Shown: positions 53,462 to 62,140, counted from the first letter of the stretch. The stretch: 64,000 nucleotides of DNA from an uncultured delta proteobacterium (GCA_963804165.1 CAWDPO010000011.1:134578-198577); one strand, 5' to 3'. The notes: a model not told the origin generated them from the sequence alone. Made by a program: numbers and translations.

Positions 53462-54647
53462 GGAATCTCTGAACAAGCGCTTCAGTAATGTGGTCTAATA
53501 TGGAAAAGCAGCAAGACGGACAATGGTAGAGGAGGAAACAGATTGAAGGAGCAGACAACGTTTGCGAGTTTAGCGTGGGCGGGAAAGAAAAAGCAGACCA
53601 AGCGAGAGAAGTTTTGTATGAGATGGATCAAGTGGTGCCGTGGGAGAAATTGCTGGCGTTGATCGAAGCGCACTATCGCAAAGCGGGCAGTGGACGGCGA
53701 CCGATGCCGTTGGAACGGATGCTACGGATATACTTTGTGCAGCAGTGGTACGGGTTGTACGATACCGGGATGGAAGAAGCGTTGTACGACATCGAGTCGG
53801 TATGGCGATTTGCAGGGATAGAGTTGGGGGAAGAAGAAATTCCCGATGAGACCACGATTTTAAACTTTAGCCACTTACTGGAAAAGCACCAGTTAACCGA
53901 GAAGCTGTTGGAAGAGGTCAACGGGTATTTGAGCGAGAAAAGGCTTTTGCTCAGACAAGGCACGATCGTAGACGCCACGCTGATCGGTGCGCCGTCCTCG
54001 ACCAAGAACAAGGACAAGAAACGCGACGGGGAGATGAGTTCGACCAAGAAGGGCAACAACTACCACTTCGGCATGAAGGTGCACACGGGAACGGACAGTC
54101 AGAGCGGTTTGGTGCACACGGTCAAAGTGACCACGGCCAGTGTGCATGACAAGCAGGAGATGGAAGCGCTCCTTCATGGAGAAGAGCAAGCGGTGTTTGC
54201 CGACAAGGGTTACTTCAGCGACCAGGATAAGCGCTCAGCGAGAAAGACGGGACTATTCTGGGGCGTGTTGGACAAGGCCAAGAGCAAAAAGAGCTTGAGC
54301 CATAAGCAGCGGCGCAGAAACAGAAAACTGTCCAGTATACGGGCCAAGGTGGAGCATCCGTTTCGGGTGGTCAAGCGCCAGTTCGGCTACATCAAGACCC
54401 GGTATCGGGGATTGAAGAAAAACGCGGCACAGATCTACACGCTGTTTGCGCTGGCCAATCTGTATCGAGTGCGCCGTGCTTTGTTGGCGTAGTCCGATGG
54501 GGAGGAGCTTGGGCCGTCCACAAACGCATTGAGTGGCCAAGAAATCGAGGCAAACCCCATCCGATGTAATCACCGAGCCGCTTAGTCAACATGAAACAGT
54601 TTTAAATAATCGCCCCCTTCCAAATAACGTAGTTATTCAGAGGTTCC
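53462..54647 (+). mobile_element. IS5-family insertion sequence (about 1.19 kb)
   Basis: IRL GGAATCTCTGAACAA (53462-53476) and IRR TTATTCAGAGGTTCC (54633-54647) match at 13/15. The flanks are ATAA and TTAA. Confidence 0.9.
53543..54492 (+). pseudogene. IS5-family DDE transposase, frameshift near 53613
   Basis: MKEQTTFASL..KQTKREKF / EMDQVVPW, IPDETTILNF, IVDAT, FGMKVH, ADKGY, RAKVEHPF. Confidence 0.88.
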
Positions 54648-54824
54648 TTAACTAGTAGACAGTTTGACCGACTCGTACCGCATGGGCGTTTGATAATTTA
54701 AAGACTGATGAATTCGATTACGATTGTAAATTCATGTTCTCCAACGGCGTGCACGGACCGGAGGGCCTCATTGAAGAACCCCATGCTTGACGGTTACTCT
54801 TGCTCCAGGGTTCAGCTGAACTCT

Positions 54825-56507
54825 TCATGCACCCACAGTTAGATCAATCCCGCCGGCGCGGAACCAGCGATAATCGTAAGGCTGCAGCTGGACCATATAA
54901 CGCCCGTGCTCATCGGCCACGCTGTCGTTTCGAGCCAGGAGATCGACCAGCTTACTGCCACCCCCCTCAGTTGCAACGGCTGCACGGTCGAGCACAATAG
55001 CGCGCGGTTTGGAAGTGAAGTTATGGCAAGTGATAAGCGTGCTCTTATTCCATTCGTAGCGCATAACAAGCACGCCGGGCTGGTCGGTTTTTAATATCTT
55101 CCAATCGCCCCAGCTGATTTCGGGGCACTCCTTGCGCATCCGAATTTTTCGCTCCATCCAGTTGAGCAATGATTGTGGATCGCGGCGCTGGTTTTCGACA
55201 TTTACGTGTGGATAGCCGTAGATTGGATCCGAAATGACCGGCAGTACCGGCCGCTTTCCGGTCGTAAACCCGCCGTGGAGCTCGTCGGACCATTGCATAG
55301 GCGTGCGCGCGCACTCGCGTTCGGGAAGCGACAGATCATCACCCAGCCCTATCTCGTCGCCAAACTGCAGCATCGGAGTACCCGGCAATGTAAATAAAAT
55401 GCTAAACGCCAGCTCGAGCTTGCGGCGATCGTTATCCAACATCGGCGCCAGGCGGCGCCGAATGCCGCGATTGTAAAGCTGCATTTCCTTTGCCGGCGCA
55501 AAGGCGCGGAACACGCGATCGCGCTGCGCCTCGGTTAATCGGCCCAGATCGAGTTCATCATGGCTGCGCAGGAAGTTTACCCATTGCGCGGCCGGCGGCC
55601 GCTTGTAGGTAGCTTCGAGCGCGCGCACGAGCGGCTTGACGTCCTCCGTTGCCAATGCATAAAAGAAACGCTGATTGACGGCAAAATTCAGCATCATTTG
55701 CAGCCGCTCGCCGTCCTCGCCAAAATACTCCATGCTCTCGTCAGGTGGGACGTTCGCCTCTGCCAGCATGATCGCGTCGCGGCGGCGCCACTGCAGGAAA
55801 TCTCGCATCAGGTGGAGCATCTCGTAGTCTTTCCTCGACTTCACGCCCGCGCCTTTTTTCTCGATCAGAAACGGCACGGCGTCCATTCGGAAGCCGGTGA
55901 CGCCAAGCTGCAGCCAGAATCCCATGACCCGCATGATCTCGCGCTGTACCGCCTGATTTGACGTGTCGAGGTCCGGCTGAAACTCGTAAAACCGGTGAAA
56001 GTAGTATTCGCCGGCAACTGAATCACGGGTCCACGTTGCTTTTTGCACTCCCGGAAATACCATTCCGGTGTTCCACTCTTCCGGTCGTGTTTTTGACCAG
56101 AGATACCAGTTCCGATACGGCGACGCCGGGTCTTTGCGCGCAGCCTGAAACCATGGGTGACGATCAGACGTGTGGTTGATAACGAGATCGACGATCACCC
56201 TCATTCCGACCTGTTCCGCGTGATTCATGAAATCAACGAACTCGCCCAGCGTGCCGTGTTTTGGATGCACGCCGTAGTAGTCGGCAACGTCGTAGCCGTT
56301 GTCGCGATTCGGCGACGGATAAAATGGTTGTAGCCATACACAGGTAATGCCGAGGCCGGCGAGATAATCCAAACGTTGCGTGAGGCCGGCAAAGTCGCCA
56401 ATCCCGTCGCCATTGGAATCGATGTATTTCTCGACATCGAGACAATAAATGACAGCGTTCTTGTACCAAAGGTCGTCAATAGAGGGTCGCGGCAAATTGT
56501 CGCTCAT
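54825..56507 (-). CDS. GH13 alpha-amylase family, trehalose synthase (TreS)-like
   Basis: LWYKNAVIY, GDGIGDF, DLVINHTSD, FRMDAVPF, AEAN, FLRSHDELD, RGIRRRLAPML, RTPMQW. Confidence 0.9.
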   Translation of the reverse strand: MSDNLPRPSIDDLWYKNAVIYCLDVEKYIDSNGDGIGDFAGLTQRLDYLAGLGITCVWLQPFYPSPNRDNGYDVADYYGVHPKHGTLGEFVDFMNHAEQVGMRVIVDLVINHTSDRHPWFQAARKDPASPYRNWYLWSKTRPEEWNTGMVFPGVQKATWTRDSVAGEYYFHRFYEFQPDLDTSNQAVQREIMRVMGFWLQLGVTGFRMDAVPFLIEKKGAGVKSRKDYEMLHLMRDFLQWRRRDAIMLAEANVPPDESMEYFGEDGERLQMMLNFAVNQRFFYALATEDVKPLVRALEATYKRPPAAQWVNFLRSHDELDLGRLTEAQRDRVFRAFAPAKEMQLYNRGIRRRLAPMLDNDRRKLELAFSILFTLPGTPMLQFGDEIGLGDDLSLPERECARTPMQWSDELHGGFTTGKRPVLPVISDPIYGYPHVNVENQRRDPQSLLNWMERKIRMRKECPEISWGDWKILKTDQPGVLVMRYEWNKSTLITCHNFTSKPRAIVLDRAAVATEGGGSKLVDLLARNDSVADEHGRYMVQLQPYDYRWFRAGGIDLTVGA

Positions 56508-56869
56508 GGCAAAGCATTCCCTTCCTCAATATGATCATGAGCTGAGCAACCTCGGTAGAACTGCTCAGCATCCATATGGAAAACGGGTTACTAACACGAT
56601 AATCAGTCCAGCACATTACAGATCGCTGATCTGCATGCAGACAGCAGAGCCGGCCTTCAGCAGCTCATCAGTCCTCTCTCAAATAAGAATATAGACATTC
56701 CACCGACGCGATTGCCATATGTGTTCTTTAACGACCTCCGATTTGATACCGAACAGAATCACCGCCTGGTAGTCCGTGTGCTTCCCTATGCCGCGATTGC
56801 CAAACAGCAAAGGGCGGCGCGTATGCGCCTGAGATCGGACGTCCGGCGGCAGGGATGAAGATCATCAGG

Positions 56870-56908
56870 GGGGATTTGGGGATTTGGGATGGGGATTTGG
56901 GGTCAGAC
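56870..56908 (+). repeat. GGGGATTT tandem copies leading into a GGGGTCAGAC terminus
   Basis: GGGGATTT GGGGATTT GGGAT GGGGATTT GGGGTCAGAC. Confidence 0.6.
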
Positions 56909-57020
56909 ACAATCACTACTCTAAGCTGTCCTTGCTTACGCAGCTGAAGAGCTCTATTGTTATCGTTGCGCAACTCTCTCAACCAGATTCCGCAAAACAA
57001 GGTTCGATTAGGAGGTTTTT

Positions 57021-57209
57021 ATGTACAGGATTTTGTGCGACCGAACGCCGGCTCGCGAACTCGGTTCAGGCCTGACCTGGTTTATGGAAGACGGCAAGAT
57101 CGTCGAATTCTCTACGCCGGAAGAAGCCGGGGCTATGGTAAAAACGTTAAGTGAGGGGCCCAGAGCCGCGACGGTTAAGTACACGGCGAAAGAATTTAAC
57201 CTCGAGTAA
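57021..57209 (+). CDS. Hypothetical 62-aa protein
   Basis: AGGAGG RBS 5 nt upstream of the ATG. MYRILCDRTPARELGSGLTWFMEDGKIVEFSTPEEAG... Confidence 0.6.
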   Translation: MYRILCDRTPARELGSGLTWFMEDGKIVEFSTPEEAGAMVKTLSEGPRAATVKYTAKEFNLE

Positions 57210-57342
57210 GATCAACTCAGCCAAATATGCTCTGAGCCAAGCCGGCGTCGGAGCGGCCATTCGCTGTCCGACCGATAACCAATCTAGAGCTAGGCGACGA
57301 GCGATCCAGTTTACCCTTCGGCGACTATAGTCGATGGACCGA

Positions 57343-57370
57343 AGTTAATAGAGTTAGGCAAGTCTGACAC
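57343..57370 (-). repeat. 28-bp motif, copy 2
   Basis: AGTTAATAGAGTTAGGCAAGTCTGACAC on the + strand. Confidence 0.8.
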
Positions 57371-57516
57371 GAGCCTTCGACCCGTGGAATATTAAAAGAT
57401 TTGCAATGCGCAATCGCCGAAACTTACGCTACTCGAATGCGGCGACAAACATGGCGAACTGGGATCGCGCATCACTCGGAGGGCTGAGGTATCTGTAGTG
57501 CGAGAGAATGAGCGTA

Positions 57517-57543
57517 GGTTAATAGACTTGGGCAAGTCTGACA
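57517..57543 (-). repeat. 28-bp motif, copy 3
   Basis: GGTTAATAGACTTGGGCAAGTCTGACA on the + strand. Confidence 0.75.
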
Positions 57544-57564
57544 TGCTGGACCACCTGGAGTGAT

Positions 57565-57615
57565 GTTGCCCTCCGAAGGCAGAGATCACAAGTTCGAATC
57601 TTGTCGGGTGCGCCA
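57565..57615 (+). tRNA. 3' fragment of tRNA-Arg(CCG) (partial, pseudo)
   Basis: Anticodon arm TTGCC-CTCCGAA-GGCAG, T arm ACAAG-TTCGAAT-CTTGT, acceptor 3' strand CGGGTGC-G-CCA. No 5' acceptor strand or D arm upstream. Confidence 0.85.
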
Positions 57616-57627
57616 GACTTCAAATCC

Positions 57628-58692
57628 TCACTCCGGCGCATACACCACGATGCATCCACGGCAGGCCAACTCCTTCGCTGTCGTGGCCACATAGACGCGA
57701 TTGTTGGCGAGACTCACCCCGAGCGAGCGCGCGCCATTCGACGTCGGTAGCTGCTGCAGGCCCTTTTTCGTCTTGGTGTCGACCACCATCAAGTTTCCAC
57801 CTGAGGTGGAATGGTAGTACTGGCCGAGTTTGCGATTCACCGTCGAGCCGCCGTTGCCGCCGTATCCCGTGAGATTTGTTTCCACCTTGCCGGCCGCGAT
57901 ATCGAAAATCACCATGTCACCGCCGGGCTTGGGAGACGGGCCGTGGGCGCTGCTGCAACCCAGGAAAATGGTCGAGTCCGAGACGATGGAGAGACTATGC
58001 GGATGACACCCGAGTTCGTGCAGCTTCACGAGCTTGCCGTTTTTGGGATCGGTCTGCGCCAACAATCCCTTGGTGGTGTCCGCGCGTGATACCGGGATGG
58101 CTGTGTAGAACATGCCGCTTGGCGCGTGATACGCGGAACGCTCCAGGTTCTCGCCGGATTGCGGAATAGGGATCTTCGCCAGGATTTTGTGATCGGGCGC
58201 AGTCGAGATGAAGCTGAGGAACGGCGGATCGTCGTTCGAATTGGCGACGATGACGACGCCGATGTCTTCGCCCAAGGCCATCCCGTTGGCGCGCTTCGTT
58301 CCACCAGTGGCGACCGTCCCCGCGATCTGGCCGGTCTTGGTATCGATCACCTTGATCGTGCTGTCGCCGTCGCTCACCCATACTTCCGCGCCGACTACGA
58401 CAACACCATTCGGTCCCGAGGCATCGCCATCCTTCAACCGTCCGACGAAGCCCGGTATCCGCGAGACGAATTTGTCGGTCTTGGTATCGAAGACGACAAC
58501 GGATTTGTTGGTCTTGTCGGCGAGATAGCCAAGACCCGTCGTTTGGTCGATGGCCATAATGCCGATGTCGGTGATCGGATCACCGGGGATTGATATTTCT
58601 GCGACCTGTTTCAGGCCTCCGGCCTGCGCGGGACTAGCGGAGATCATGGCGGCGAGTGCTGCAACGATCACGGACGTGGAACGGGACTTCAT
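57628..58692 (-). CDS. Secreted YncE/YVTN-like beta-propeller protein
   Basis: Signal peptide (MKSRSTSVIVAALAAMISASPAQA). Repeated VVVFDTKT / IKVIDTKT / VVDTKT blades. Confidence 0.8.
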   Translation of the reverse strand: MKSRSTSVIVAALAAMISASPAQAGGLKQVAEISIPGDPITDIGIMAIDQTTGLGYLADKTNKSVVVFDTKTDKFVSRIPGFVGRLKDGDASGPNGVVVVGAEVWVSDGDSTIKVIDTKTGQIAGTVATGGTKRANGMALGEDIGVVIVANSNDDPPFLSFISTAPDHKILAKIPIPQSGENLERSAYHAPSGMFYTAIPVSRADTTKGLLAQTDPKNGKLVKLHELGCHPHSLSIVSDSTIFLGCSSAHGPSPKPGGDMVIFDIAAGKVETNLTGYGGNGGSTVNRKLGQYYHSTSGGNLMVVDTKTKKGLQQLPTSNGARSLGVSLANNRVYVATTAKELACRGCIVVYAPE

Positions 58693-59250
58693 CGGCTCCC
58701 TCCCTGTATCTTTTCTTGGCAAGCATTGGCGACACATTATCACGATCGGACCGATGGACGCATCACTAGAACAGAGAGAGCCATAATGAAAGCCGCCTGA
58801 GCTACAAGCGAAAGCTGTGGCAGCACGCTAGCCCAAGTCAATGTTGGTTGATTTAGAATGGCTTAGATACGGTGGGGCTCATTGTCCATTGCTCGCCAAG
58901 TGGCGCAGGCTTTGCGGAGAGTATGCGGGGTAAGTTGCGGAGAGTGTCAGTCTTTGCTTCTGTGATATTTAGCACTCCCTATCTGTTTGCAGCGATTTTC
59001 TTTAACAAGCAAATAAACAAGGCCTGACATGTTTGCCTCGTTTGCCTCTGACCGTTTGCCTTCTTTGAATTCACGAAAATCGCGCATCGCTCGCATGGAT
59101 TGATCTGTGGCATGGGAACTGTGAAAGTGTGAAGCCATATAATTCCTTCCTGTCGCGGTCAGTTTCAGATCCCGATTGCCGCTTGATTGGAAATTCACCA
59201 CCCACAGGTTTGCCTGCTGTAACCAACGTTTTAGTAACCAGAGACCCCTA

Positions 59251-59367
59251 TTGAAAAATCCGCTCATCCAACTCACCTCCGTTCAGGCGCGCAGAATCTG
59301 GCTGCATGCCCAGCGCCTGGACACCACCGAACCCTTCGGCTCCGGCCCGAAGGCCACGCCGGCAGCA
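59251..59367 (+). pseudogene. N-terminal fragment of a YcaQ/AlkZ-like winged-helix DNA glycosylase family gene
   Basis: LTSVQARRIWLHAQRLDTTEPFGSGPKATPAA, cut just before the expected LGYVQID motif. Confidence 0.6.
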
Positions 59368-59770
59368 TTTCCGAGCAATGTTTCCGCCAACAGGATCTCC
59401 TGACCGTGCCCTCGCCTATGTATTTATGACACTCGTCCATTCTAAGAAAATACGCGAGGGAGGTTACGAGCTGTATAGGCGAGCCCGTACGAATATGCTC
59501 TATGCATACTGTATGTCGGTTCTTTATAGATTTCGCCATTTGAAAAAGATTATCGGGATTGCTAGTGAGCCGCCTCCGAAACCGGGCGATCATGAATTAT
59601 TGTCGGAAGACATGATCATGATTGAGGCACCCACGGAGTGGTCGCAGGAACTCGTAGCCGAACTCGACCAATGGTGCAAAGGCATGGATATTATGAGAGA
59701 AGACCGCACTCGTAGGCGCAACTTTCATGCAACCGAGTATCCCGAGGAGCCGGGTAGATCGACAAGTTGA
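59366..59770 (+). pseudogene. C-terminal fragment of an unrelated larger hypothetical protein
   Basis: AYVFMTL..RRARTNMLYAYC..KKIIGIASEP..SEDMI..EYP. Lower GC, fused directly to the YcaQ-like piece, no convincing start. Confidence 0.45.
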
Positions 59771-59876
59771 CATCGGCAAAAGGAAGTCAAGTCCGCTTTT
59801 AGCTATTGACGCGCGACGAATTGAAAATTCAGAGAGTCTCTGCTTTCCGAGTCGGACCGTTTTTCGGAAGCGATCT

Positions 59877-59940
59877 GGGGCCAGGTCTTACAATCACACA
59901 TTTTCGCAATGCAAGACGCGATTCCACTATTCCGACCCCA
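59877..59940. repeat. About 50-bp mini-element with GGGGCCAGGTCTTACA / TGCAAGAC inverted termini
   Basis: GTCTTACA pairs 7/8 with TGCAAGAC. The right flank is imperfectly duplicated (CGATTCCACTATTC / CGACCCCATCATTC). Confidence 0.5.
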
Positions 59941-60334
59941 TCATTCGCGCGCGCGAATCACCTTGCTATTCAGCTTGCCCCATAGGTTAGAGTTTGCGGG
60001 TTTAAGGCTGCCGTTGTCCGAGTATCTTCCGGCGACGAATCGTCTGAACACTGTACCGAACGCGAATTCTCGATGAGGACAAACTCAAATACGGACCACC
60101 GATTAGACTGAGATTGCCGGCTTCCGTCTATCGCAGATTCCCTGCGGTTGACGCAGAGACACATTAAGAATCAAGAGTCCCAAGAATTAGCGCCGCGTGC
60201 CCAAGGGAGTACGTTTCCGATTCGGGCCATGACGTTGTTATGCGACGGAAATTTTATTGAGCAAACAGCCGTTGCACACGGCAGAATAACCAACAGTAAG
60301 TGATTATTGGTGCCGTGGAGGCGAGGTATAGTCA

Positions 60335-61561
60335 ATGCCTTATCGAGCATTTGTTTCTTCGACTTTTCTAGACCTGAAACAACACAGGGCGCATGTCATA
60401 CACGCCTTGCGTACGGCAGGTTTCATCGTAGACCCTATGGAAGATTGGACTGCGGACAGTGATGAGCCGAAGAAGTTCTCGCAGAACAGAGTTGAAGGTT
60501 GCGATCTGTGTGTGTTGCTTGTTGCGTTTCGTCGGGGGTACGTGCCCGAAGGAGAAAAATTGAGTATCACACAGCTCGAATATGAAACCGCCCGCAAACA
60601 GGGAATTGACGTTCTGACGTTTATACTCAAGGAGGGGGAACCTTGGTCGCCCGAGTTCAATGAGCTGGACAAGGACGCTGAAATCCGGCTGTGGCGGAAA
60701 GACCTCGAGAAGTATCATGGTGTTCAGGGTTTCAGTTGTGAGCCCAGTTCGATTGAAATGACCGGTGCTTTAGGACGTTGGCTAACAAAGAAAATCACGC
60801 ATCGAAAACGAGAACCCGGAACCTTTTTCCAGGACCGGTTAAAGGATGACTCCCCGGCTCCCGAGCTGGTGGTGATTCCAACCGGAACCTTTCGAATGGG
60901 CGATATTCGCGGCAGCGGTAGCGCTAATGAGAGACCAGTCCACACAGTTTATGTTCGGGGCGACACTGCCATAGGGCGATACGAGACCACTTTCGATGAA
61001 TATGACCGATTCGCTAGATCTACGGGTCGCGCTTTACCGGATGATAATCGGTGGGGACGAGGGCGACGGCCCGTAATCAATGTTTGCTGGTACGATGCGG
61101 TAGAGTATTGTCAGTGGCTTTCTCAGCAAACCGGAAAGCGCTACCGTCTGCCCACTGAGGCTGAATGGGAATATGCTGCTCGGGCGGGAACTGAAAGCTG
61201 CTACTGGTGGGGTGAAGACGGGACTTCCCGAATGGCAAATTGCTACGGCGGAGATAGTAGCTGGGCTGGAAAACAGACCGCACCGGTTGGCTCGTTTGAG
61301 CCAAATTCTTTCGGCCTCTATGACGTCGCAGGGAATGTTTGGGAATGGGTTCAAGATTATTGGCATGAGAATTACAAAGGAGCGCCCGAGAATGGATCAG
61401 CTTGGCAGCATGAAAACGACGGCGATTTCAGACAGCGTGTGATCCGGGGAGGGTCTTGGAATGCCAAACCAGAGTTTGTACGTTCGTCATTCCGGCTCCA
61501 ATTCAACCCGGGAAATCGAGGCTACGGGATAGGCTTTCGCATTGCCCACGATATCGAGTAA
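60335..61561 (+). CDS. DUF4062 domain fused to a formylglycine-generating-enzyme (SUMF1/FGE-sulfatase) domain
   Basis: N-terminus: FVSSTFLDLKQHR, RRGYVP, SITQLEYETA. C-terminus: FRMG, PVINVCWYDA, YRLPTEAEWEYAARAG, GLYDVAGNVWEW, RVIRGGSW, GFR. Confidence 0.9.
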   Translation: MPYRAFVSSTFLDLKQHRAHVIHALRTAGFIVDPMEDWTADSDEPKKFSQNRVEGCDLCVLLVAFRRGYVPEGEKLSITQLEYETARKQGIDVLTFILKEGEPWSPEFNELDKDAEIRLWRKDLEKYHGVQGFSCEPSSIEMTGALGRWLTKKITHRKREPGTFFQDRLKDDSPAPELVVIPTGTFRMGDIRGSGSANERPVHTVYVRGDTAIGRYETTFDEYDRFARSTGRALPDDNRWGRGRRPVINVCWYDAVEYCQWLSQQTGKRYRLPTEAEWEYAARAGTESCYWWGEDGTSRMANCYGGDSSWAGKQTAPVGSFEPNSFGLYDVAGNVWEWVQDYWHENYKGAPENGSAWQHENDGDFRQRVIRGGSWNAKPEFVRSSFRLQFNPGNRGYGIGFRIAHDIE

Positions 61562-61649
61562 ATCTAGCTAAAAGTGCCGGAGGCTTCGTGCCAGACGGAT
61601 CGCGCGGCCACGGCGATCGCCTATCGCGTTTAACCCCGGGAGAGCAAGA

Positions 61650-61678
61650 GTGTCAAACTCGCCTAACTCTATTAACTC
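61650..61678 (+). repeat. 28-bp motif, copy 4
   Basis: GTGTCAAACTCGCCTAACTCTATTAACTC. Confidence 0.75.
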
Positions 61679-61824
61679 ACCACCAGTGAGGAGGCGAGCA
61701 TTGTACATGAGCTTCTATGGAGGCTTCACCGATTGTCGTGGATGTCGATCGCGTTTGCTTAGGCGGCCGTGTCCCCGCTCCGTTTCCGGTGGACGCCGCC
61801 GGTTTCGTTGGGTATATTTCGGCT

Positions 61825-62013
61825 ATGGCTGCACATGATCACGATCATAAGGAGGGCTCCAACCTTTCCGAGATGGACCTGCGGGTGCGCGCGCTCGAAA
61901 CGATATTGGTCGACAAGGGATATATCGAATCCGCCGCGCTCGATCGCATCGTCGAGCTTTATGAAACTAAAATCGGCCCGCATATCGGCGCGCAAGTTAT
62001 CGCCGAGGCGTGA
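61825..62013 (+). pseudogene. nthA: Nitrile hydratase alpha subunit, N-terminal fragment
   Basis: HDHDH..LSEMDLRVRALETILVDKGYI..ALDRIVELYETKIGPHIGAQVIAEA. It stops at the position of the conserved W, and the metal-binding CxLCSC motif is absent. Confidence 0.85.
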
Positions 62014-62022
62014 AGAAATAAA

Positions 62023-62122
62023 CGGGGACATTCTCCTTTTCTCTTGCGCGCGTAGGTATCAAGCGATCGAAGCTTGAATATTCCGCTATAAAGTAAAGGA
62101 CTGACCCTAATTTGCTAATTTG
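62023..62122. repeat. About 85-bp mini-element GGGGACA...CTGACCC with duplicated right flank
   Basis: GGGGACATTCTCC at 62023 and GGACTGACCC ending at 62107, then CTAATTTG x2. Confidence 0.5.
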
Positions 62123-62140
62123 TTCCAAGGACACTCGGGA

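Noticed and set aside
57343-57543. CRISPR array from two direct 27-28 bp repeats
   Set aside because: Only two co-oriented copies about 146 bp apart, the other copies are inverted and kilobases away, and there are no cas genes.
58947-59276. 109-aa minus-strand ORF
   Set aside because: It overlaps the YcaQ-like fragment, and has no RBS or motif.
61435-61561. FGE C-terminus as the variable region of a diversity-generating retroelement
   Set aside because: There is no template repeat, reverse transcriptase or Avd gene in the window, and the codons are not consistently the NNC/NNY pattern expected from AAC templates. A remote DGR cannot be excluded.
53237-61678. Integron attC/attI or Xer dif sites
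   Set aside because: GTTAGGC is present, but there is no paired RYYYAAC...GTTRRRY hairpin, conservation extends on both sides of the core, there is no intI, and there is no XerD arm (TTATGTTAAAT-like).
61825-62013. Functional nitrile hydratase locus
   Set aside because: Only about 62 codons of the alpha subunit remain, with no metal-binding motif and no beta subunit.
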